A stretch of 53,725 nucleotides of DNA from positions 1 through 53,725 of the IMG/VR virus record IMGVR_UViG_3300037845_000029. One strand, given 5' to 3'. Shown here one piece after another: positions 29,073 to 37,861 of the stretch (position 1 is the stretch's first letter; each line of letters starts with the position of its first letter). Below the pieces are notes generated by a model, which saw only the letters and a list, made by a program, of their open reading frames with translations, made no database searches and had not been told where the DNA came from. Source of the stretch: a virus. Taxonomy: Duplodnaviria > Caudoviricetes. The position numbers and the translations under genes are program-made.

Positions 29073-30047
29073 ATGAGCACCGCAACCCAACCGCAGACGG
29101 AAACGAACGGAACACAACAGCCGGCGCGAGCACCAATTGCCGCCGGGCGCCGCGGCCTGTCCTTGACGACGCTCGACGAGATGTGGCGTTTCGCCCAGTA
29201 CGTCGCATCGTCCGGCTTGGCACCCAAAGGCGTCGAGTCGCCCCAGGCAATCCTGGTGGCCCTGCAAATGGGCGCCGAGGTCGGTCTGACGCCGATGGCC
29301 AGCTTACAGAACATCGCGGTCATCAATGGCCGTCCATCGCTTTGGGGTGACGCCATGCTCGCAGTGTGCCAGGGGAGCGGCATGTTCGACTTCGAATCGT
29401 TCAAGGAGGACTGGTCAGGCGAGAAAGAGGACTTCGGTTGCACTTGCACCGTCCGCCGATTGCCGAACGGTGCGCCGACCACGCGAACGTTCACCGTGGC
29501 GGACGCGCGGAAGGCTGGCCTTTGGGACAAAACCGGTCCCTGGAAAACTTCACCGCGGCGGATGCTCCAAATGCGGGCCAGGTCGTTCGCGCTCCGCGAC
29601 ACGTTCTCCGACATCCTGCGCGGGTTCCACTGCGCCGAGGAAGTCATGGACATCGAGCAGCGCACCGAACGTCCTTCATCGCTTTCAGCGCTCACGGCAC
29701 GCCTTGAGAAGCCGACCGCGCCGGTGTCCACCCGCAGCGAAGAACTGAACCAGTGGGCCGACACGGCGATGGAGCCAGCAGGCGAACAACGCATGGCCCC
29801 CGGCGAGATCCCGCTGGATACGCCAGACCCGCCGGCCGACCCACTCGACGACGTGCGCGCGGCCCTGGCAGGGGCCACGACGCCGGCCGAGGTCTCGAAA
29901 ATCGGCGAGCATTTCGTCGGTCAGGACTCGCCGCTTGCGAGCGAGGAACTGATCGAGCGGGCTCAGGCGCTTGTGATGGCACGCATGCGCGAGGTCGAGC
30001 CGCCTAAGGCGAAGGGCAAGCAAAGCCAAAAGGAGTCGACTCCATGA
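29073..30047 (+). CDS. recT: RecT/Red-beta-like single-strand annealing protein
   Basis: GAEVGLTPMASLQNIAVINGRPSLWGDAM, DARKAGLW.K.GPW...P.RMLQMRAR.FALRD.F.D.L.G. Confidence 0.8.
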   Translation: MSTATQPQTETNGTQQPARAPIAAGRRGLSLTTLDEMWRFAQYVASSGLAPKGVESPQAILVALQMGAEVGLTPMASLQNIAVINGRPSLWGDAMLAVCQGSGMFDFESFKEDWSGEKEDFGCTCTVRRLPNGAPTTRTFTVADARKAGLWDKTGPWKTSPRRMLQMRARSFALRDTFSDILRGFHCAEEVMDIEQRTERPSSLSALTARLEKPTAPVSTRSEELNQWADTAMEPAGEQRMAPGEIPLDTPDPPADPLDDVRAALAGATTPAEVSKIGEHFVGQDSPLASEELIERAQALVMARMREVEPPKAKGKQSQKESTP

Positions 30048-30465
30048 GCTTCTTGGATGATATAAGGCTGCGTAGACTCGAACAACGACAAGCCATGATT
30101 GAAAGACACCTCACCGAGCCGCAAACCCATTCCAATGGTAGATTGCTGATCGCTCAATGCGACTTTTGCGGCGGCCCAATCGTCCATTACGGACAGTGCT
30201 ACAACAATTGTCAACTAAGGCTTGGCGTCGCGGTTCGGAAGTTTGTCAAGACATGAAACGGTCGCAAGTCGTCCGAGTTGCCTGCGGAACTGATTGAGGC
30301 CGCGCAAGGTCTCGTGATGGAGCGGTTGCGTCAACCTCGAAACGGCAGACAAGCCGAAGACCAAGGGGCGTTGCTAGGCCAAAGGTTTAGGGAGCCGGCA
30401 ATGGCTACGCATGACACGACGCCGAAAGGCCAACCTATGCCGCCGGCTCCCGCGCGCACAACCTG

Positions 30466-31041
30466 ATGACACCGTACCCGACGATCCATTCCGCAAGAAC
30501 CGCGCTTGATGCCGTCGAAAAATGGGCCGAGTCGTGCTATCTACTACGGGAGACGGAATCATTACGATGCGGAAGGCTGGACGGAATTTTGGTGCCAACC
30601 GCTTGGGACGCGAACATAAAACCGGGGTTGACGGGCATCGAGGTAAAGATCAGCCGGGCCGACTTCCTTCGCGGTCTGAAGTCTGGACAATTTGAGCGCT
30701 ACGAGGAAAAGGTCAACGCCATGTTCATCGTGACCACGCAAGGCATTTGCAAGACAGCCGAAGTTCCGGTGTGCTGCGGTCATTTGATCGTCGGCAACCG
30801 ACCGACCTACGGCCCAACTTGCGTTTGTCGGCGGAAGGCGCGACGAAAGCAGACCGACATCCCGCAAGATGTTCTTTGGCGAGTGCTTTACGATTTGTTC
30901 GACCAGCAGGAGCGGTTGCACCGCAAGGAGATCGAACGCCTGATGAAAAGCGTGCTCCGCGTGTCCGAGTCGATCGGAGACCGCGTTCATGCCGCCGTGT
31001 CAAAGATCATCAACGAAAACGAACCGAGGCCAGTGTTGTGA
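30466..31041 (+). CDS. MmcB-like PD-(D/E)xK nuclease
   Basis: GRLDGI...GIEVKISRADFL. Confidence 0.65.
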   Translation: MTPYPTIHSARTALDAVEKWAESCYLLRETESLRCGRLDGILVPTAWDANIKPGLTGIEVKISRADFLRGLKSGQFERYEEKVNAMFIVTTQGICKTAEVPVCCGHLIVGNRPTYGPTCVCRRKARRKQTDIPQDVLWRVLYDLFDQQERLHRKEIERLMKSVLRVSESIGDRVHAAVSKIINENEPRPVL

Positions 31042-31307
31042 AACGCTCGCCCATGAGACTTGGCCCGATCCAGATTTGTCCGTGGTCGTGGTGGCGATTC
31101 GTGCTGAAAGGCCCAAGGCGTTCCGCAATCGTCGCGGCATTGTTCCTGGTCGCTGGGGATTCTACGTGCTCGGCTTTGAGTTTGGCTCGCGGAATTCCGG
31201 GAACTGGTTTGGCGTGTTCCTGAAACGAATCGGTTTGTGGCCGTGGTAAATTCACAAATGAACCCCAAAGGAGGAAACCGGCGACCAATGAAAACATAAG
31301 GAACCTG

Positions 31308-31350
31308 CCGGCGGCGGCAACGCTATTAGGTAGGAGCCGCCGCCGGTTTT
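31308..31350 (+). terminator. Putative intrinsic terminator
   Basis: CCGGCGGCGGC...GCCGCCGCCGG stem followed by TTTT. Confidence 0.5.
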
Positions 31351-31371
31351 ACAACCCAAGGAGATGAACCG

Positions 31372-32058
31372 ATGCGACCGTTTTACGAGACACACGACAA
31401 GGGCGACCACGTTTTCGCGGAAACGATGGCCGGCTCGAGCATCGACGAATGCGCGAGAGAGGCCATCGAAATGTGCGGCAACAAGCCGGTGCGATTCGAG
31501 TTCAACGAGATCATGCTTGAGGCTAAGGCCGGCGTCACGTCAGGTGACATCGTGGCGGAATACTGGCGCGAGTCGAACCGCCGCCACGAAGAATACATCA
31601 AGTCGCCCGAGTACAAGGCGCAGCAAGAGCGGTACGAAGCCAAGGAATCGTCGCGGCGGTCAGCGCTGGCTGACGCACTCGCCTGCGCGCCGGCGCAAAT
31701 GACCGTCAACCCCGGCAAACTCAACGATTGGAACACCTGGTGCGCGACGAATTCCAAAGATGGCTATAGCGCGGCCGTAGTCGCCTACGCCGAGCGCTGG
31801 GCCAGGATCATGGAGAGCCGAATTGGCGGTGGCGCGACCGTCGATGAATGTGCCGATGCCACTTCGACGCTCGCCGATGAGGAAGGCGTCACCGGCTTCA
31901 TGTACGGGTGCGCCGTTGGCGGACTGGCCAAGTTTTGGATTCACGGCGAGGCGCTTCGACGCTGGCACAACCTGAAAACGCAGGTCGGCAATGAGGGCGA
32001 GAAGGCCAATGAGAACGGCGGTGTGCTCAATCCGGCAATGCTCGTGGTGGGAAAATGA
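31372..32058 (+). CDS. Phage hypothetical protein
   Basis: 228 aa; AAGGAG RBS. Confidence 0.7.
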   Translation: MRPFYETHDKGDHVFAETMAGSSIDECAREAIEMCGNKPVRFEFNEIMLEAKAGVTSGDIVAEYWRESNRRHEEYIKSPEYKAQQERYEAKESSRRSALADALACAPAQMTVNPGKLNDWNTWCATNSKDGYSAAVVAYAERWARIMESRIGGGATVDECADATSTLADEEGVTGFMYGCAVGGLAKFWIHGEALRRWHNLKTQVGNEGEKANENGGVLNPAMLVVGK

Positions 32059-32498
32059 AACGCTCACCCCTCAAGCGCACGACGCCCCTTACCAGCAAGT
32101 CGCCGATGGTCCGCAAAAGGCGAAAGGGCGACCGGCCGGAATTGCGCACACGATGGCTCAAGACCCAGCACCGTTGCATGGCCTGCTGGATGCCGAAGTT
32201 CCTCAACCTGCCGCTGTTCGTCCATCATATTTTGCAGGCGGCGAAACGGATCGACAACGAAGCCAATTTCTTCGCGCTCTGCCGCAACTGTCATGGGCGT
32301 TACCACGGCGAGAGAATTTTCGTTGGCGACAGCTTGACAAGACTTTGGCCGGCGCTGACGCTCGCGCAAATCCTGGGCCTCAAGGCCGAGCAAGACCCGA
32401 CCGCGTTGGCGTGGCTGGCCCAGCACGCGACCAGGCAATTGCCGGAGCCCGAGCCGATCGGCGCGGAGTTCCTGGCGTTGAGGAGGAGGTGGGCGTGA
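32055..32498 (+). CDS. HNH-like zinc-finger protein
   Basis: MKRSPLKR N-terminus; CMAC...HHI...N..ALCRNCH..YH. Confidence 0.6.
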   Translation: MKRSPLKRTTPLTSKSPMVRKRRKGDRPELRTRWLKTQHRCMACWMPKFLNLPLFVHHILQAAKRIDNEANFFALCRNCHGRYHGERIFVGDSLTRLWPALTLAQILGLKAEQDPTALAWLAQHATRQLPEPEPIGAEFLALRRRWA

Positions 32499-33167
32499 GC
32501 ACCGAATACGAACTGATCGAGCCGTTTGACATCGACGACGGGCAACTTGACGGCGTGCGACCGCAAGTCGTTTTTTCGTTAGGCGTTGAGTGGGAGATGC
32601 TTCGGCAGGAGCTTGACGCCGGCCGTGAAATGAAGAGAACCATCCACGCCGAGAACCTGGCGCGTTTCGTGAAGATGTGCGAGCGCCGCGGCCGTGCGTG
32701 CGTCGTCGGCGAAATGGATTCCGAGTACGCAAACGAGTGGGCATCAATTTCCGTGGAGGCCATGTAATGCCAATCGTTGGAACGTGCAGCCGTTGCGGGG
32801 GACAAGTCAGCCGCGACATGGACGGCAATCTTGGTTGTCGAAGTTGCGGCTCCCACAAGGCAATGGGGCCGGTGATCGACATGCCCGCGCCGCCATCGGA
32901 CCACAAGACCGATGCCGACAAAAAGGAGGCCGTTCGCAAGTGGCGGGAAAGGCACTCGGCATGACAGAAGAACAAGAGTTGCGAGTTAAAATCAAGCGTG
33001 TTGTCGATGACTTGCTCGACTGCATCGAGTCAGACGTTCCGTACCCTCCAGATGCGTTGGGGACTGATGCAGGATTGTGGACGAATGGCGAACTGGCTGA
33101 TTATCTACGGCGAGTGAGCGAAGCTGTGGGCATGAGACTTGTTACTTGAAATCGAAGGCGAACCGAC

Positions 33168-33449
33168 ATGACCCACACCGAGTACGCCTACATCGCCGCG
33201 TTCCTGGGCCGGCTCAGCGAGCGCATGAGCAACGACGGCTGCAACGATATGTTCCTGGCCGACACGCCGGAGAACCGCGAACTGGTGAAGGCGGCCGAGC
33301 ACGAGACTGTTGGTCCTGGCGAGACGTGGCAACCGATGCTCCACGGCGGTAAGCTCTGCACGTCGAACTACATGGTAGTCGAGCACGTCAAGGACAAGCT
33401 GATGCAGGAGCAGGGCATCAAAGAGGATGAGTTACCGGAGGACTTCTGA
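33168..33449 (+). CDS. Hypothetical protein
   Basis: 93 aa with high GC3, coupled to the downstream frame. Confidence 0.6.
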   Translation: MTHTEYAYIAAFLGRLSERMSNDGCNDMFLADTPENRELVKAAEHETVGPGETWQPMLHGGKLCTSNYMVVEHVKDKLMQEQGIKEDELPEDF

Positions 33450-33661
33450 TGCCCAGCGAAATCACGCCGGAGTTATTCGAGGCGGCTTTTGACCGAAGGT
33501 GGAAGGAGTTTTCTGATTCGCTGCCGCCGTAGTCGCTTCCCAGTCTTGTCGAAGCGATGAAGAAGGTGTGGCGACATGGGTTCGCGACTGGTTTCCTTGA
33601 TCGGCATCAGTGGGATGACGTCGACCAGCCGAAGCTGGTGCGAGTGGGGATTTACGACTAA
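33449..33661 (+). pseudogene. 70-codon frame interrupted by an in-frame TAG
   Basis: ATG 33449 overlaps the upstream stop and TAA 33659-33661 overlaps the next ATG; one internal TAG at 33530-33532. Confidence 0.55.
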
Positions 33662-35556
33662 TGATCGGCCGTGACCTATCCAAGTGGTTCGACGAGGCCA
33701 AGCAGGACGGCAACCCGTACCTAACGGAGTGGTTCGCCGCCGCCTTCATCACCGAGCGCGACCACGAACTTTTTATGACCGACCGCGCCGCGTGGATGAA
33801 ATCGCTCCCTCAGCCAACCGAACATGGCCTGCGCAGACAACTCGCCGGGAAATACTCCTGGGCGATCCCCTGTGACGCTGCCTTGCGTTCGATTGCCGAT
33901 CTCGGGCCAATCGTCGAGATGGGCGCGGGTTGCATGGTTGGCGACACTCTCGTTGCCACATCAGAGGGCATAGTTCGCTTGGACGAGATTGCGGCGTCAT
34001 CGACAATTTCGGGACGCAACGGACCATCTCTTGTGGTTCGCAAATGGAACAAGGGACCACAACTGACCATTCGCCTCACGCTCGACGGCGGCCATCAGGT
34101 CACTGTTTCTGAGCGCCATCGCGTGTTGTGCCATGACGACGCCGGCCATCAGCTATGGAAGCGCGTCGTCGACTTGAAAAAAACGGATCGAGTGCTAATC
34201 CCAATCGGTGCAGATTTATGGGGACCACCGCAAAAGGTTCCACAGCCAAAGCGACTTGGCGGTCGTGCCACACAATTCAAGGTGAGCCAGATTTTCAATG
34301 AAGACATGGCTGAGATGATCGGAATTATGATTGCTGACGGTGACTCCGACAAGAACAGAATTCGGATAAGCAACAGAGAACATGCTGATCGCATCGCCGC
34401 GCTAGGCGCAAATGTCTTTGGGTGCCGGCTTCCGTTTATCGACAAAAAACGGCCATCCAGCGCAACGTATTTCATCGGTCGCGCACTATCGCAGTGGGCA
34501 ACCGAAATCGGAATGGTATGGGGCGCGGAACATAAGGTAGTACCCGGCGTCGCGTTAAGATCGCCGCGCGGGTGTCAATTGAGGTTATTGGCCGGTCTCT
34601 CTCTCGACTCGACATACGAACCAAAACGACACCGATGGTGTTTTCGGTCGAGAAGTTACAAGGTCGCGGATGTAGTCGCAGCGATTCTCCTGAATCTTGG
34701 TATCTTTTGTTGCAGAATAATCGGAAAAGAACGCAGGCCCGCAGGAACCCGTCGCGCCGCTCATGGTGACACGTTTGGAGTAACCGTCACCGGAGAATGG
34801 CTTGACAAGTTATCTCTTATTGTTCCTTTACAGCATTCGATCGAGCGGCAATGCCGAGCACAATCGCCCTATGTCGAGCGCATCATAGCGCCATCGCTTT
34901 TTGACGAACTAAGAATAGAAAACGGCTGGGCGGAACGATTGACAGCGGATCAGGTAAAACGAGGCATGGGGGCGTCTCGCAGAAAAGTTGAATCGCTCCT
35001 TGAAAAGTCGCGCCCCTGTGCCGCGAAAGACCGCCTGAACGCTCTTCATATCGCTGGAATCTGGTCCGGGGTGCGTTCGGTTGTGCCGTCTATATTGCGT
35101 CCAGTGTTTGATTTAACTGTGCCAGATGGACAAGCGTACGCAGCGACGACCATGAACCACAATACCGGTTATTGGGCTTGGCTGTTGCGCAAGCGGGGTG
35201 CCGACGTGTTGGCCTACGACGAGCTTCCGCCAGGGCCGAATTCCGGCAACCACTACCATGAGGAAAACCCCTGCTGGATTCAGGTCCAGCGCGGCAAACC
35301 GAACGCGCTCAAGGAACACGCCGACCGGGCGCTGATGCTCTGCTGGCCGCCGTACAACGAACCGATGGCGTGGCAGAGCCTTTGCAAATATCGTGGTCGG
35401 CATGTGGTTTTCATCGGCGAGGGACAAGGCGGCTGCACCGGAGACGAGAGGTTTTTCAAGAAGCTCGACCGGGAGTTCCGCGAAGTGGCCGAGGTCGAGA
35501 TTCCGCAGTACGAGGGGCTGCACGACTACCTGACGATTTACGAGAGGAAGAAGTGA
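33661..35556 (+). CDS. Class I SAM-methyltransferase-like protein interrupted by an intein
   Basis: The spliced product restores motif I IVEMGAG|TGYWAWLL; also LMLCWPPY and FIGE. Confidence 0.8.
   Translation: MIGRDLSKWFDEAKQDGNPYLTEWFAAAFITERDHELFMTDRAAWMKSLPQPTEHGLRRQLAGKYSWAIPCDAALRSIADLGPIVEMGAGCMVGDTLVATSEGIVRLDEIAASSTISGRNGPSLVVRKWNKGPQLTIRLTLDGGHQVTVSERHRVLCHDDAGHQLWKRVVDLKKTDRVLIPIGADLWGPPQKVPQPKRLGGRATQFKVSQIFNEDMAEMIGIMIADGDSDKNRIRISNREHADRIAALGANVFGCRLPFIDKKRPSSATYFIGRALSQWATEIGMVWGAEHKVVPGVALRSPRGCQLRLLAGLSLDSTYEPKRHRWCFRSRSYKVADVVAAILLNLGIFCCRIIGKERRPAGTRRAAHGDTFGVTVTGEWLDKLSLIVPLQHSIERQCRAQSPYVERIIAPSLFDELRIENGWAERLTADQVKRGMGASRRKVESLLEKSRPCAAKDRLNALHIAGIWSGVRSVVPSILRPVFDLTVPDGQAYAATTMNHNTGYWAWLLRKRGADVLAYDELPPGPNSGNHYHEENPCWIQVQRGKPNALKEHADRALMLCWPPYNEPMAWQSLCKYRGRHVVFIGEGQGGCTGDERFFKKLDREFREVAEVEIPQYEGLHDYLTIYERKK
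33931..35163 (+). mobile_element. Intein with LAGLIDADG homing endonuclease (411 aa)
   Basis: Starts CMVGDTLV; block B VSERHRV; LAGLIDADG-like MIGIMIADG and LLAGLSLDS; block F VFDLTVP; ends HN followed by Thr+1. Confidence 0.9.
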
Positions 35557-35747
35557 CCCGCCTTTTTACCGTTACCGAAGCCGCCGCCGAGCTCGACATT
35601 TCGACCGGGCGCGTCCGGGCGCTGTGTCTGGCGATGGGCCTGGGGACCAGGTATGGCGAACGCCTGCGATTGCTGACGGCGGCCGACATTCGGCGGTTGA
35701 ACGCCCGCAAGAAAGTGCCGGGGCCGAAGGCGAAAAAAACCGCTTGA
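35553..35747 (+). CDS. Small excisionase-like HTH protein
   Basis: FTVTEAAAELDISTGRVRALC; GTGA overlap with the upstream gene. Confidence 0.7.
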   Translation: MTRLFTVTEAAAELDISTGRVRALCLAMGLGTRYGERLRLLTAADIRRLNARKKVPGPKAKKTA

Positions 35748-35772
35748 CGACGATAACGGTATCGTCTATGAT
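35744..35772 (+). promoter_or_regulatory. Sigma70-type promoter with a palindromic operator
   Basis: TTGACG-17-TATGAT; the spacer contains GACGATA-ACGG-TATCGTC (35749-35766). Confidence 0.7.
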
Positions 35773-36594
35773 TGGCACGAACAAGGATGACGACGCCGCG
35801 ACCAAGCCCCGCTCGACGACGCTCTGCGCCGGCTGCCGGCACTTGGAAGAACGGCCGAGGACCGACTTCTGGCCCGCTGGAGCGGAGTACGTCTGCGGGC
35901 GGAACGGCCGCTGGATCGGGTTCATCGGCGTGACGCCGGAGTGGTGCGAGGGGCGGGAGGAAAACGCATGAAATTCACGACCTGCTCAGGCAAGCGGCTT
36001 TCCGACCACCAGCTTCGCGTCCTGGCGGCGCTGCTGGCGCTCGAAAGCAAACACGGCTGGCGATGGTGGCCGCGTACCGCAATCGGATTCGTCGTCGGCG
36101 CGGGCGGCTACCACGGCGTTATTCAGCGGTCAACCATGTCGATCTTGAAGGAAGCCTGGCTCGTCAAGACGGAACGTGCATCGTTCGGCGAAGAGTTGTG
36201 CGACATCGTTCGTTGCACCTGCGCGTGTTCCCAGTGGGGCCTGCGCCGCGCCGGACGTTCAATCGCGGAGTCAGCGGCGATTCGCTGGCCACCGGATGCC
36301 GTTGAACGTGTCGCATCGCTTGCCTACCATCGACAAGGACCCTTCCGTGACGAAGATGAAGGCTGGGGCGACGATGGAGACGACGACGATCCTGGGCCGC
36401 TATCGCCCGTCGGGAGCGGCGACCTGATTCATGCCTAAGCGCGGCACGCCGAATACGCTCGCCTGTGGATTGGTGCCGAGTCGCGGCTAGGAATTCGCTT
36501 TCGTCCGAAGTGGCGAGAGGCCGAGTTCGTGGACATTGGGGCCGGGATTTGACGGTTCGACAGGATTGAAACCGCCGCAAGGCAAGGAGGTCAC

Positions 36595-36777
36595 ATGCTG
36601 TGCCTTACACGCCGGGAAGGCGAACAGTTGGTCATCAACGGCAACATCAGGATCATCGTCAACCGGATTTACAAAGGCCGCGTGAGCCTCGGCGTCATCG
36701 CCCCGGACGACGTTCGCGTGCTCCGCGGCGAGCTTTGCGAGGATGAACCGCAGGAAGATGAGAAGATTTCCGCTTGA
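36595..36777 (+). CDS. csrA: Carbon storage regulator CsrA-like protein
   Basis: MLCLTRREGEQLVI...V.LGVIAP.DV.VLRGEL; AAGGAGG RBS. Confidence 0.88.
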   Translation: MLCLTRREGEQLVINGNIRIIVNRIYKGRVSLGVIAPDDVRVLRGELCEDEPQEDEKISA

Positions 36778-36913
36778 CGGCTGGGGCCGGAGCTGCTAAG
36801 GTGGCGAGCGTTCAAAGTCGGGCTTGTTCTTTTTCCAGCCATTCGTCGAAACCGCCGGCCTAAAATTCTTGCCCACCTCGGGCGGACGGCTTTGAACACC
36901 GGGCCGGCGGTTT
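36774..36913 (+). promoter_or_regulatory. Promoter plus structured leader of the replication operon
   Basis: TTGACG-17-TAAGGT, then interleaved inverted repeats 36810-36820/36887-36897 and 36849-36860/36902-36913. Confidence 0.6.
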
Positions 36914-36919
36914 TGTCGG

Positions 36920-37861
36920 GTGGCTATGCCCAAGGATGGCCAGCGAAGATGCTGGGTGGACGTGGCAGAGGGATGGATCAAGATCAGAGGGAACCTGATG
37001 TCTTCCCTGAAGCTCATCAGGCTCGCAAGGCGGCTCGGCGAGCAGTCTGAATTCCGCCTATGGCTGTCTCCAATCGGCGATCCGCGCAACAACGGCGCAA
37101 CATCCGCGCAACAAATAAGTGAGCCGGCGTTGCGCTGTGTTGCGCTTTCTTTACTAACCGTGACGTGGAGCGAGGCAAGATCACAAGGCAAATTTGACGG
37201 CGACGACTTGATCCTTGAAGGATTGTATCTTTCCGATCTTGACCAGCTTGCCGGGGCGCCAGGACTTGGTAAGGCGATGGAAACGGTTGGTTGGGCGGTT
37301 CAAATGAAAAACCCGACGTGCGTTAAGTTGCCTAATTTCAAGGAGTTCAACGCTCCGATGACGCCTGCTGAACGCATGAAAAAGATGCGTTCTGGTCGTG
37401 AAGATGACCGCGACGACCGCGCAACAAACGCGCAACATGGCGCGCAACCTGAGAAGGAGAAGGAGAAGGAGACTAAGAGAAAGAGATCTCAGGAGACTCC
37501 TGAGTCTCATTCGTCTCCCGTTTTTGATTTTTCTTCGGCATGCGCACCCATCGCCGAGAGGCTCTACGAAGTCACAGGATGCACCAAGCCGAACGACCCG
37601 TTCCTTTGGCAAATAGCCGTCCTCGTGAACGAAGGCGCAATCACGGAACTAGCCATCAAGGAATCAATCGAGAGTGTCGGCTTGTGCGCAACCGGCGAGC
37701 GCGTGCCATACCTTCGCGTCTGCCTTGAGCGGCACGTCGGCGGAAAACCGAAGCTCAAGGAAATGCTCGCAAGGGTCCGGCTGACACGCGCCTTTCCGCG
37801 GTCGCCGCCGCAACCGAGTGAACCCTGGATTACTCCCGCGACCAAGAGGCCAAACCCATGA
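36920..37861 (+). CDS. Putative replication initiator (lambda O-like; start uncertain)
   Basis: WIKIR near the N-terminus and an AERMKKMR...EKEKEKE linker; directly upstream of DnaB; internal GCGCAAC repeats. Confidence 0.65.
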   Translation: MAMPKDGQRRCWVDVAEGWIKIRGNLMSSLKLIRLARRLGEQSEFRLWLSPIGDPRNNGATSAQQISEPALRCVALSLLTVTWSEARSQGKFDGDDLILEGLYLSDLDQLAGAPGLGKAMETVGWAVQMKNPTCVKLPNFKEFNAPMTPAERMKKMRSGREDDRDDRATNAQHGAQPEKEKEKETKRKRSQETPESHSSPVFDFSSACAPIAERLYEVTGCTKPNDPFLWQIAVLVNEGAITELAIKESIESVGLCATGERVPYLRVCLERHVGGKPKLKEMLARVRLTRAFPRSPPQPSEPWITPATKRPNP

